From Sporopachydermia quercuum (lineage: Eukaryota): a stretch of 29,678 nucleotides of DNA. A program made the position numbers and the translations under genes. The DNA is taken from assembly GCA_001599295.1 (NCBI GenBank), contig BCGN01000009.1, positions 912,413 through 942,090 of the forward strand, written 5' to 3'. Of this stretch, positions 1 through 10,409 are shown piece after piece. The notes below the pieces were generated by a model that was not told the DNA's origin, did no database searches, and saw only the letters and a program-made list of their open reading frames with translations. Numbering within the stretch: position 1 is the stretch's first letter; each line of letters begins with the position of its first letter.

Positions 1-205
1 ACCTATTTGAGAATCAAAAGTTCATGCAGAGCGCCACTGCTATCAATAATCTTCACAGCTTTGCATCTTTTCTTTTTCTTACTTACCATTCGCACGTTCA
101 TATAAATTGCATTTCTACTTAAAATATTAAATCAACTACTAAATGAACCCNGTCAGAAACCAATNAATGCGTAGAAACATACTATCGAATCAGTGTATCC
201 TTCTA

Positions 206-1011
206 TTAATATGTCTTTGTTCCTAATCTAACCCAATCGCCTGCTGGACCTTCACAACTCATTAGTTTAATCACTCCAGAGTTCCACTGCAATGCCGGAC
301 CTATTAGTTCTCCGTCATCTGCCACCGTAGTTCCAAGGAAATCAGACACACGGGACATTACTGTACTTCTAGTTGACTCTGGTACTGGATAAGTATTTGA
401 ATAAGCCAATGATAAATGAGGATCGAAATCAGCTACCCATTTGTCGGCCTTTTCAGCAGCTGTCAATTTGTCTTCTTCAGATCTCCCGTATACCAATACT
501 TCACGACATATTCTTGCCAAAGATACCAATTCAGGACTTGGCTCACAGGCTAGAAATATTTTCTTGAAGTAGCGGGGACCGAATTTCACCAGATTCATTT
601 TCACAGGAAGGTTCCTCACCGCCTGGATAGCAGCGACCGTTTCATCTAAGATTAAGTCAATCTCTTGCTGTAGACTTGGTGTAGATGCTAAAATGTCTTC
701 CAGTAGCTCTGGTGATAATGGCTCTTTTAATTGATTCAGAATGGTGTTTAATGTCTGTATTTGAATACTAGTAGTAATGGTAACATGTGGCTCAAATTCC
801 ACTCCATCAACAAATAAAGGTTTTAACGAGCTTATAAGTGACTGAAGAGTTCTATATAGATTACTCTCTGGTATTGGCTGAAGCCATAAAGCAATAGCTG
901 TAAGTATTATAATCCAATGTTAGTATACATTCAGCTAGAAACAAAATAACATATTCCAGTTCAATAGCAATACACTACCATCACGTTTTATCATTTCCTA
1001 TACTCACACAT
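206..1011 (-). CDS. CPD1: 2',3'-cyclic nucleotide / ADP-ribose 1'',2''-cyclic phosphate phosphodiesterase (2H family); complement(join(206..897,1008..1011)), 231 aa
   Basis: Two HxT/S motifs (PHVTIT, PHLSLAY). The ORF-track start is wrong. Exon 1 is ATGT (1011-1008); intron 1007-898 has a GTGAGT donor, TACTAAC branch (925-919) and CAG acceptor. The spliced N-terminus MSIALWLQPIPESNLYRTLQSLISSLKPLF resembles S. cerevisiae Cpd1 (MAIALW...). Confidence 0.92.
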
Positions 1012-1319
1012 TGTGATTTATTTCAACTCTCGTGAAAAAGATCCAAATGAACCTGGCAAATTCATCGATTTTATCTATTTCAATTGAAGCCTCTCTATAT
1101 TCTAAGTACGTTGAAATGCTTGAAAAGAAACAATTTATTCTACCTAACCTCAACTGTTATACCCCCGTTTAGTAGTTGTTACCGTATATCATCATATTCG
1201 TTTAATAGAAGATCATATTGATAGTGATAGCAGAGCCACTCGTCCCAAAATAGGGGACTTCTATAAACGGAAATCTATTAGCAGTTTAATACATGTCTCA
1301 TAACAGGGTAGATGGAATC

Positions 1320-2220
1320 AGCGTATAGGCATGAGGATGAAGGCAGAGACAGAGGAATTAGAGAAAGAAGACAAAATCAATACAACTATCAACGCAACGC
1401 AACGCCTTTTAGTGTAGTAGGAACTATTATTTTAGCCTGAATGTTTATATTGTTCACTTTAGATCAACTACGCTCCTCTTGCATAGGACAGAGAAAACAA
1501 TAGATTGTTTCTTTGTCCTATTTACAAGAGATGATGCGCTATTCTCTATAACTCATAACCATAAAGAGGCGTAGTCTACATACAATTGTTGTCTAACTGG
1601 GACTACAGGATCGGGATATCTTGTTTAATCAATTCTCTCCAGACTATAAAATCCATCTCCAGCATTAAATGAAAAAGAAAGAAATGAGCTAAAAATACAC
1701 TCGTCCGTCCCAACTCCACCATGCCAGAATTGATTAAAATGTAATCACATTCTGGCACCCAAATAGGAAAGACCCTTTAAAGTTTGAATAAGCCCTGTGA
1801 GTTCAAAGTTCGATTTGAAATATTGAAGTTCAGCCGAAGTTCAGACGTATCCTAGAGACGATTGTGGAAATCGATATATAAACAACATATGAATGAAAGA
1901 AAAATAAAGAAACTTTGTCTATGACTTGTTTCCAATCAAGAACTACCATTAGACTTTTACGCTGAATAAAATATCAAAGTGTATTACTATCCGATGGTTC
2001 ATATAAAGAACGTCAGAGAGTGCCCGTGCCCGTTCCTGTGCCTGCGCTAACACATATGTACATGTAATTGTGCTATTTCAATCCCAAACCTTATAGAGTT
2101 GTTTGTAGGGCAAAACATAAACTCTATTTTTCACTTTCAAGGTGAAGTCACATTGAGATAATGCTATTCGGTATTTTGCTATTATTGAGAAATTATCAAC
2201 TCGGTCAGATTACTTTTTGG
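1320..2220 (+). ncRNA. Long structured non-coding RNA; candidate telomerase RNA (ends uncertain, possibly ~1141 to ~2350)
   Basis: No credible ORF. Many helices, with G-U pairs on the + strand: long-range 1320-1345/2027-2048; 1411-1416+1430-1436/1688-1701; hairpins 1467-1575 and 1722-1757; three-way junction 2074-2160; Sm-like ACTTTTTGG 2212-2220. Identity as telomerase RNA is inferred from layout only. Confidence 0.5.
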
Positions 2221-2388
2221 ATTACTTATGAAGACGATAGCAACAGTGGTTCACTTCATATTGTGTTGGTAGGCGCAAGCATATACGTGTTCACAGGTTT
2301 CAGCGGCAAAAGACCCAACGCTGTTACTGCTCTTTGGTGTCAATAGAGCATATCAATAGCAAAGCTGAAGAGCAGATTTTCATCAATT

Positions 2389-4686
2389 ATGGTTGAATTT
2401 CCAGGAAACGATCTTAATAGTTATGAAAACGAATGGTTTTCCAACAAAAAGCTTCACCAATATGTAGAGCTGGTTCAAAATGTTGAATTTCCAGATAAAC
2501 AACCAGCAACGTCTTGCAAGGGGACTGAACCAGCTATTGAAATCACATGTGGTCCATTATTGAGATTTTTGGCTTCATTGGATGGACCAAATAAGAATCT
2601 TTGGCGGGGGACAGCGTTGATTGTTACCAAGGACGATGGGTCTGATTATTCAACTACTCCTAAGTTATCATATAAATCAGGACCGTTTGTGCCTCTCGAT
2701 TCTAGCGATCCTAATGAAGACTTGTTTGATAGTGGTGAAGTAGAAGCTTTCAAGCTATTTGAAGATTTAGGGTACACGTTTTGGCGTTTTGATTTGCAAT
2801 TTCTTATGAAGACATTCGAGCAAAAGATTATGTACTGTATTAATAATGATCCCAGCAAGATATTTGATTTTTTCATTGCTTCAGTGCATCAGTCCATGAA
2901 TGTGATGTGCCATTCATGCAATGGCTTTTCATTGGCTGTAAATACGTCCAATTTCAAAGGTTCCTTATGGTTTGATGTATTGAAAGAGCACATGAGAGTT
3001 CCTCTTCATGTAATGCTAGGTGGCGGCGATCAAATTTATTGTGATGCACTAAAACTAGAAGTTCCAAGATTCAAAGAATGGACACACCTTGAATTCACGC
3101 CTCATAAGAGGCACAACCAACCTTATGACGACGAATTCAAAGCGCAGGTTGAGAAGTTTTATCTATTTCACTATATGAAATGGTTTGGCCAAGGATTCTG
3201 GAAAGGCAAAGCAGGAACAACTTTAAGTAAATTGTTTCCTATTGCTGAAGCTTCAATTCCTTCAATTAATATCTGGGATGATCATGATATAATTGATGGG
3301 TTTGGCTCGTATAAGGACAAACTTATGCGAGCACCAGTTTTCTCCGGAATAGGAAAGTCTGCTTACAAGTATTATATGTTGTTTCAGCATCATTCATTAC
3401 CTGGAAGTTTGGATTCATCACCTTCAGTAGATCCTAGTTGGATAACTGCAAGAACACCGGGACCTTACATGAATGAGTTGTCTAGATCTGTTTATGCAAG
3501 ACTAGGTAAACGAATGGCTGTAGTTGGCTTGGACTGTCGTACAGAAAGAACACATACTTCAATTTTATACAAAGAAACGTATGAAATAGTGTTCTCACGA
3601 ATTAGGAGTGAAGTCAAGGCTAATCCTGAAATTCAACATTTGCTATTAATGCTGGGTGTACCGCTGGCATATCCAAGACTGGTTTGGTTGGAACGTTTAC
3701 TTTCAAGTAGACTTTTATATCCTTTGAAGAAACTTGCTCAAAAAGGTGTGGTCTTAAGTAGTTTAGTTAATGAATTTGATGGAAGTGCTGAAATATTGGA
3801 TGATCTTGATGATCATTGGTGCGCAAGACACCATAAAAAAGAGAGAAACTGGTTTGTAGGAAAACTACAGCAACTATCGGAAGAATTAGGAATACGTATC
3901 ACTTTGATCTCTGGTGATGTTCATTTATGTGCTGTTGGGCGATTCTATTCTTGTAAAGAGAAGGCTACATTTAATCCTCGAAATGACCCTCGTTTGATGT
4001 TCAACATAGTCACTTCAGCTATAACTAATACACCGCCTGCTAATGGTCTAGCTAAATTATTGCAAAAACGGTCAGGAGTGCATCATTTCAACGAAGAGAC
4101 TGATGAGGACACTCTAAAAATGTTTACTCTCAACGCCAATGGGACAGAGAGGAAAGTGAATAAATTTCTCAATTCCCGCAACTGGTGTAGTATTATGATG
4201 ATTGAAGATATCAAGCGGTACGCACCTGCCTCGAATGTGGATGATATGACATTTCATAAACCTGGACCATTGTTCGAGAAAGCCAGCAAGCCAGAAGTAG
4301 ATGATCCAAATTCTCTACTAGATAGCTTGCGGGGGTTATCTGTGTCCTCTTCTTCATCTACACAGCTCCATCCAGAGAATAATACTGCTGCAGAATCAGA
4401 GATTCAAGCTATACATGATCATACTAATCCTCATTATCATCATGAACACAAGATGAAGCATTTGGCTGCCCACTTGGACTCCATACGAAACCATACTCTT
4501 GGTAAAAATGTAACTGAAGATGTTGCAACATACGCAGAAAAAGGGTTCCCTTACACTGATGAATCTCTAAGTGTGATTATTCACGTTGAGAAGAATAGAG
4601 AAAATGTATCAAGTGCTACAGGAGCTTATGAAGTGATTGTTCCTGATTATGCAAAAGTTGATAAACCTTTGAATGAGAAAAACTGA
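2389..4686 (+). CDS. PhoD-like metallophosphoesterase-fold protein, YGR266W homologue, 765 aa
   Basis: Long intact ORF with PhoD-type motifs GGDQIYCD, NIWDDHDIIDGFGSY, DCRTER and SGDVH. Lies in the same neighbourhood as FOL2/HUA1, as YGR266W does in S. cerevisiae. Confidence 0.82.
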   Translation: MVEFPGNDLNSYENEWFSNKKLHQYVELVQNVEFPDKQPATSCKGTEPAIEITCGPLLRFLASLDGPNKNLWRGTALIVTKDDGSDYSTTPKLSYKSGPFVPLDSSDPNEDLFDSGEVEAFKLFEDLGYTFWRFDLQFLMKTFEQKIMYCINNDPSKIFDFFIASVHQSMNVMCHSCNGFSLAVNTSNFKGSLWFDVLKEHMRVPLHVMLGGGDQIYCDALKLEVPRFKEWTHLEFTPHKRHNQPYDDEFKAQVEKFYLFHYMKWFGQGFWKGKAGTTLSKLFPIAEASIPSINIWDDHDIIDGFGSYKDKLMRAPVFSGIGKSAYKYYMLFQHHSLPGSLDSSPSVDPSWITARTPGPYMNELSRSVYARLGKRMAVVGLDCRTERTHTSILYKETYEIVFSRIRSEVKANPEIQHLLLMLGVPLAYPRLVWLERLLSSRLLYPLKKLAQKGVVLSSLVNEFDGSAEILDDLDDHWCARHHKKERNWFVGKLQQLSEELGIRITLISGDVHLCAVGRFYSCKEKATFNPRNDPRLMFNIVTSAITNTPPANGLAKLLQKRSGVHHFNEETDEDTLKMFTLNANGTERKVNKFLNSRNWCSIMMIEDIKRYAPASNVDDMTFHKPGPLFEKASKPEVDDPNSLLDSLRGLSVSSSSSTQLHPENNTAAESEIQAIHDHTNPHYHHEHKMKHLAAHLDSIRNHTLGKNVTEDVATYAEKGFPYTDESLSVIIHVEKNRENVSSATGAYEVIVPDYAKVDKPLNEKN

Positions 4687-5745
4687 CTTGAAGGAAGTAC
4701 TTGAAAGCAATCAAAGCAATGAGCATTGAGCAGAAGAGCCATTTGACCACTGATATGTAATAACAGGTCTTCCATTTCTACACCTCTCTGCACCGATAAT
4801 GACACTATATAGCTATTTAATGTTTTCAGGATCGGCTTTTCACAAGCCACAATACCCCAAGTACCATATAGCTTTTCAATGATCGCTATATAAGCGATTC
4901 AAAAGAAAGAAGAGAATTTGTACCATCACGATCTAATGAACAAGAATAACATCTCTCGCCTTTAATGTACTGTAAATGAGAATAGCCTATGCATTGTAAA
5001 CAGTGAATAAATTTTGTTGCCTATCAAGAAACGAAGGCATCACATCCTTTCTATTCTTCCCGCTTCCGCACACTTAAAAGACCAAGGGATTACAATTGCA
5101 GCCAACAAAGAAACCGAAATGTATAGTTGATCGCGTTTATCGAACCCACAATTCAACTATTGAGTGATGTACTTCTCTATCTGTGTGATAAAAGTTTAAT
5201 CAGCCTTATGTGGCTATTTAAAGAAGGAAAAAACGAGCTACTATCAAACTGCTACCTTTTCGCAGCCCTCCAAAAGGCCCAATAGAACAACCATTGTTGG
5301 CATTAAAACGGGAAATTCATCAATTTAAGGACATTCAAGTCAAAGCCAGTACCTGAAAACTGCTTGAAATAAGCTTGACTTTTATNTCCATCTTTATTAT
5401 TCCGATTATTCCTATCATTANGACAGCAAAAATGTATGAAATAAAAAATGGAATATAAGTCCACTTTTCATGTGCTGAAGGAGGATAAGATGATTCTCAA
5501 ACTTTACGTATACATCATTTTTCATATTTGATCTCTCAGGTTTTTGAATACTCCATTTCCAGAGATAGTACAGCTGAAGTTTTGAATACCATTGTTATAT
5601 GCCTGTTAGTTCTATACTCACAGTTTTTTTCGAATCAATATATTCCGATATATTTTCATATATTCTTTTTTAACTGTTAGCAAAGGCACTGTAGGATGGA
5701 ACCCATTGAATCTCAAACTAAACTTTCAGTATATGAAACGATGCC

Positions 5746-6067
5746 AAACCTTAAACATTAGGTTTTGGTCGTCTAAACCTTATTCTAACGCTAGTTGCTA
5801 TTCATATTACAATTTGAGTGTTTTTCAGGAACGTTTACATGAGAAACTTTAAAACTATTTTCCAGAATACCAGAGATGTATATNGATATTCTCCAATTTT
5901 ATCTCAAAAACTCATTCGCTTTTGAAACCCTAGCTGAAAGTTGTTAAACCCCAAACATCGACACTATTTTTATTTTTTCCGGCATTCAATCTAAAATTTC
6001 TTATTCTAAATAATCCAACCGCTGAAATAACATGTTTTTCAAACCTTAAGTTAAACTCTAAACCTTA
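5746..6067. promoter_or_regulatory. Cluster of AAACY(T/C)TA-type motifs upstream of the BDH gene (WOPR/Wor1-Mit1-like sites)
   Basis: Exact AAACCTTA at 5746, 5775, 6041 and 6060. Variants: AAACTTTAA 5844, AAACCCTA 5925, AAACCCCA 5946, AAACTCTA 6053, and reverse-strand AAACCTAA 5758-5765. Confidence 0.45.
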
Positions 6068-6559
6068 CTACCAAAATGAATCCCGATCTATCATCAAAGA
6101 CAGCCTATTTCCATCGTTGATGGTGAGATATATGATTTTTGATTATTCAAGATGATCAATATTACCAATCATTGAAAAGGTATTTTAATACTGACAGAAA
6201 AGGGAAGTAGAAGTTAAGAAGTTCAGAGTATATATATAAAACTAATANTCCTGCTTTCTGTTGCACTAATATATGAAATCAACCCTTATTTCTTAGTGAT
6301 AGGGCTACCTGCTCTATATGTAATTATAAAAGCTTGTCTCCCTTGTCTTGATTTGTCTAGTNATAGAACAAAATAATTATTCCGGCTAACGTATAAACTG
6401 GAGTGCAACAAAGTGCAACAGCTTATATGAGTTCAATAGTGAAAGTGAAATTGTGATACAAGAAAAATACAATAGTATATAAGCAAGCAAATCTACCGTC
6501 GTTTTTAAGTCGAGNTANTACTTATAAAATTCAAGAAAAAATAATAAGACTGTTCAGTA

Positions 6560-7750
6560 ATGTCAAAAAGCAAAATAGCTTCGTCAGTCATGAAGGCCCT
6601 TTGTCTTTTTGGAAACAAAGATCTTCGGTTCCTCACCGATTTTCCAGTGCCTAAGATCAACACTGGAGATGAATTAATCCTCGATGTTGCCTACTGTGGT
6701 ATCTGTGGATCAGATCTGCATGAGTATTTAGATGGACCTATCTTTAGTCCCAAACCTGGCACAAAGAATCCATTCTCCGGATTATCTTTACCCCAACCAA
6801 TGGGACACGAATTCTCTGGTATTGTAAGAGAAGTTGGTAATTTAGTTACGAAAGTCAAGCCAGGTGATCATGTTGTATGTACTGCAACAATTGGCTGTGG
6901 TGATAAGCATAGGTTTGTGAATTCAATTGATAATTGCAAAGGTTTTGAACCGTGCATTGCCTGTAAAACTGGTAAAGATTATCTATGTGAGAACTTGGGA
7001 TTTTCTGGATTGGGTGTTGTTGGAGGAGCATTTGCAGAACAAGTCCTAGTCTCTGAATACCACACACACAAGATTCCTGATAGTATACCACTTGACATTG
7101 CAGCATTGGTTGAACCGTTATCTGTATCATGGCATGCTGTTTCTAAGACCAATATCAAGCCTGATGAATCAGCTTTAGTTCTAGGTTCAGGGCCTATCGG
7201 TTTGGCATGTATTTTAGCTCTTCAAGCCCGAGGTGTTGAAAGAATCATTGTATCTGAACCTAGTAAAGCTAGACGAGAACAAGCATTGAGTCTTGGCGTT
7301 AATCCTAAGTATGTTATTGATCCTGTTCAGATTGAAGGTGGTTTAGAAGGAACAATTGAAACAATCAAGAAGATGGGTATCCATGGGCAAGGTGTAAACT
7401 ATTCACTTGATTGCTCTGGAGTTCCAGCTACATTCACCACTTCAGTTCGTGCATTGGAAGTTGCAGGTACAGCTGTTAATGTAGCCATTTGGCCTAATAA
7501 GCCAATTGATGCTTATGTTATGGATTGGACTATGAATGAAAAATGTTGCACAGGTAGTTCCTGCTATGGACCTAAGGATTTCAACGAAGTTATTGAGGCT
7601 CTATCAACTGGTAAGATTGATATCGAAAAATGCCGTACTCTGATCACAGGAAAGGCTAATATCAAAGATGGTGTCGAGAAAGGTTTCAATGAGCTTATCA
7701 ACCATAAGGACAAGAATATCAAAATTTTGTTGACCCCTAAGGAGGTGTAG
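6560..7750 (+). CDS. BDH1: Zn-dependent (2R,3R)-2,3-butanediol dehydrogenase-like (MDR family), 396 aa; alternative start at 6590
   Basis: GICGSDLHEY, PMGHEFSG, structural-Zn cysteines with the BDH-type insertion (C..CIAC..C), ALVEPLSVSWHAV, GSGPIG NAD-binding motif, and C-terminal IKILLTP. BDH1 versus a BDH2 paralogue cannot be resolved here. Confidence 0.85.
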   Translation: MSKSKIASSVMKALCLFGNKDLRFLTDFPVPKINTGDELILDVAYCGICGSDLHEYLDGPIFSPKPGTKNPFSGLSLPQPMGHEFSGIVREVGNLVTKVKPGDHVVCTATIGCGDKHRFVNSIDNCKGFEPCIACKTGKDYLCENLGFSGLGVVGGAFAEQVLVSEYHTHKIPDSIPLDIAALVEPLSVSWHAVSKTNIKPDESALVLGSGPIGLACILALQARGVERIIVSEPSKARREQALSLGVNPKYVIDPVQIEGGLEGTIETIKKMGIHGQGVNYSLDCSGVPATFTTSVRALEVAGTAVNVAIWPNKPIDAYVMDWTMNEKCCTGSSCYGPKDFNEVIEALSTGKIDIEKCRTLITGKANIKDGVEKGFNELINHKDKNIKILLTPKEV

Positions 7751-8421
7751 TTTGAATTCCACTCAACGAATACCTTGATTTTATAAATAGCAATTTATGC
7801 TGCAATAGATTTGTATACTTCACTGAGATGACCTATATATATTTGAGTGACATTTTACCGTAAGTACTAGTGTTACACGCTCTTTCACACTTTCGATTGA
7901 CGGTAAACCTTCTCAAAACATAGAATCGACAGAGAANTTTGCTATTTACAACTTGTTAGTCCAATTTAAAGCTTTCGGTATTAGTTGCTTTCATGCCCAA
8001 NAATTTAACTATTTAATGATTTCGCCAAAAATCATACAAGGACTGCTCCTCATAAGTAAACTAACTCATTTGAGCCTGAACTAAAATTCTTCAGCTACGC
8101 TTACAAAACTCCACACTAAACTTTCTTGAGAAACAAAANATTGCTTGTTCAGCTTCAGCTTACTCACCCCAACTGATCCATACTTTTGTATATAATCACA
8201 AAGCGGAATCCTATCAGGCTGCATTCATCATTCATTANTTCACATGATAGAAATGGGCACTCAGATATCTCTATAAATAAATTTGACCAACATAAACATA
8301 AACACAGACGCGGGCAAGAGTGTTCTAGATTACATAATCATAAATCAATGAGATTGACCAAAAACATTTTCCGGAAATTCAGCCTGAGTATCCCGGGAGA
8401 ATTACGGGCCCATAGATATTA

Positions 8422-8431
8422 AAAAATTTTC
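8422..8431. promoter_or_regulatory. RRPE-like element upstream of HAS1
   Basis: AAAAATTTTC about 155 nt upstream of the ATG of a ribosome-biogenesis gene. Confidence 0.45.
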
Positions 8432-8585
8432 GTTTATATGGATAAGTTCTGTTCCTCATACTTTACCACTGCTAATTGTTTCTATTGTACAACTCTTTAT
8501 GTTGATATATAATTAATCCATTAGAAGATATTTTCAATAGTGAGTAAGTCAAAAATATCTTTGTTTAACTGTCTGAATATTCAAA

Positions 8586-10409
8586 ATGGCCAAAGAGATA
8601 ACGAAAAAGCATAAAAAGAACAGAGGATCCAGAAGATCTTCTGAAGGTTCTGAGAAGAAGCATAANCTGAGTAAGAGAAAAGCAGAAGAGACACAAGAGG
8701 AAGAGAACGATGAAGAGCTGGTAAATGCGCTTGACGAAGACTTTGACAATATTCAAGATATGCTGGAAATTGACCAAGATGTGAAATCTAGTGAGGGAGA
8801 AGTAGATGAAGAGGAAGAAGAAGAAGATAATAATGATAATAATGAAGATAGTGAAGATAGTGAACTAGATGAAGAAAATGAGGAAGAGGACAAACCCAGC
8901 AACCAAAAGAATGATAAAGATTCACGAGTTGACATAGAAGTGTCAAAAGAACAAGAAAATACATCTGAAAGAGCCACATTGTTCTCGGAATTGAGTCTCT
9001 CAGAACCAACTCAAAAAGCTATCCAAGATATGGGTTTTACCAAGATGACAGAGGTTCAGTCTCGAACTATATCTCCTTTGCTTGCTGGCAGAGATGTTTT
9101 AGGTGCAGCTAAAACAGGATCGGGAAAAACTCTCGCTTTTTTAATCCCTGCCATTGAAATGCTTTATAGACTAAAATTNAAACCCAGAAATGGTACTGGT
9201 GTGATAGTTGTATCACCCACAAGAGAATTAGCCTTACAAATTTTTGGTGTAGCAAGAGAATTGATGGCACATCATAGTCAAACATTAGGTATAGTCATTG
9301 GAGGAGCCAACAGACGACAAGAAGCTGATAAATTAACTAAAGGTGTCAATTTAATTATTGCTACACCAGGTAGGCTTTTGGATCATTTACAAAATACACA
9401 AGGATTTATCTTCAAGAACCTAAAGGCTTTGGTGATTGATGAAGCAGACAGAATTTTGGAAATTGGTTTCGAAGACGAAATGAGACAAATTATCAAGATC
9501 TTGCCATCAGAAAATAGACAATCCATGTTATTTTCTGCTACTCAAACCACTAAAGTTGAAGATTTGGCCAGAATTTCTTTGCGAAAAGGACCATTGTATA
9601 TTAATGTGGATGAAAAGAAAGATACATCTACTGCTGAAGGTTTAGAGCAAGGATATGTTGTGTGTGATTCTGACAAGAGATTTTTACTTTTATTCTCATT
9701 TTTAAAGAGAAACCAGAAGAAAAAGATCATTGTTTTCTTATCTTCATGCAACTGCGTTAAATACTATGGTGAACTATTGAATTATATTGACTTGCCTGTC
9801 CTTGATCTTCACGGAAAGCAAAAACAGCAGAAACGAACCAATACCTTCTTTGAATTCTGCAATGCCGATCGAGGAATTCTTATCTGTACTGATGTTGCAG
9901 CAAGAGGTCTTGATATTCCAGCTGTTGATTGGATTATTCAATTCGATCCACCAGATGATCCTAGAGATTATATTCATAGAGTTGGTAGAACTGCTAGAGG
10001 AACTGCAGGTAAAGGTAAATCTCTTATGTTTTTGTTACCAAGTGAATTGGGATTCTTACGTTATCTCAAAGCTGCCAGAGTTCCTTTGAACGAATATGAG
10101 TTTCCAAGTAATAAGATCGCCAATGTTCAATCTCAGCTATCGAAACTAATCATTTCAAACTACTATCTTCAACAGAGTGCTAAAGACGGTTATAGGAGCT
10201 ATTTGCAAGCCTATGCCAGCCATCATCTGAAAACTGTTTATCAAATTGATAAGTTGGATCTAGTCAAAGTTGCTAAAAGTTTCGGTTTCAGTGTTCCACC
10301 AAAAGTGAATATTACAATTGGTTCAAGCGGAAAGAGTAGTAGAGACAAGGACTATGGGAAGAAGAGAAGGAAGATTGAAGGATCAAAGGGAAAGAATTGG
10401 TCAAGGTGA
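8586..10409 (+). CDS. HAS1: DEAD-box RNA helicase Has1 (ribosome biogenesis), 607 aa with an acidic N-terminal region
   Basis: [31 protein letters not shown] and HRVGRTARG motifs, plus the Has1-type C-terminus [24 protein letters not shown]. Confidence 0.96.
   Translation: MAKEITKKHKKNRGSRRSSEGSEKKHXLSKRKAEETQEEENDEELVNALDEDFDNIQDMLEIDQDVKSSEGEVDEEEEEEDNNDNNEDSEDSELDEENEEEDKPSNQKNDKDSRVDIEVSKEQENTSERATLFSELSLSEPTQKAIQDMGFTKMTEVQSRTISPLLAGRDVLGAAKTGSGKTLAFLIPAIEMLYRLKXKPRNGTGVIVVSPTRELALQIFGVARELMAHHSQTLGIVIGGANRRQEADKLTKGVNLIIATPGRLLDHLQNTQGFIFKNLKALVIDEADRILEIGFEDEMRQIIKILPSENRQSMLFSATQTTKVEDLARISLRKGPLYINVDEKKDTSTAEGLEQGYVVCDSDKRFLLLFSFLKRNQKKKIIVFLSSCNCVKYYGELLNYIDLPVLDLHGKQKQQKRTNTFFEFCNADRGILICTDVAARGLDIPAVDWIIQFDPPDDPRDYIHRVGRTARGTAGKGKSLMFLLPSELGFLRYLKAARVPLNEYEFPSNKIANVQSQLSKLIISNYYLQQSAKDGYRSYLQAYASHHLKTVYQIDKLDLVKVAKSFGFSVPPKVNITIGSSGKSSRDKDYGKKRRKIEGSKGKNWSR

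Noticed and set aside
1155..1305. TGTTAT...ATAACA as a solo LTR
   Set aside because: Only ~150 bp and no TSD; better explained as an RNA stem or chance.
1403..1467. U2 snRNA-like words (GCCTTTT, AGTGTAGTA, TTAGATCAA)
   Set aside because: Order and spacing do not match U2, and stem I cannot form.
1467..1583. H/ACA snoRNA (hairpin followed by ACA) or snR30
   Set aside because: No properly placed H box, pocket or snR30 m1/m2 motifs; the hairpin is nested in larger pairings. Not formally excluded without Infernal.
2161..2346. 61-aa ORF upstream of the PhoD-like gene
   Set aside because: No recognisable motif; overlaps the structured region.
8549..10089. Short antisense and alternate-frame ORFs over HAS1 (likewise over BDH, FOL2, HUA1, EFG1, SLH1)
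   Set aside because: Shadows of real genes with low-complexity composition.
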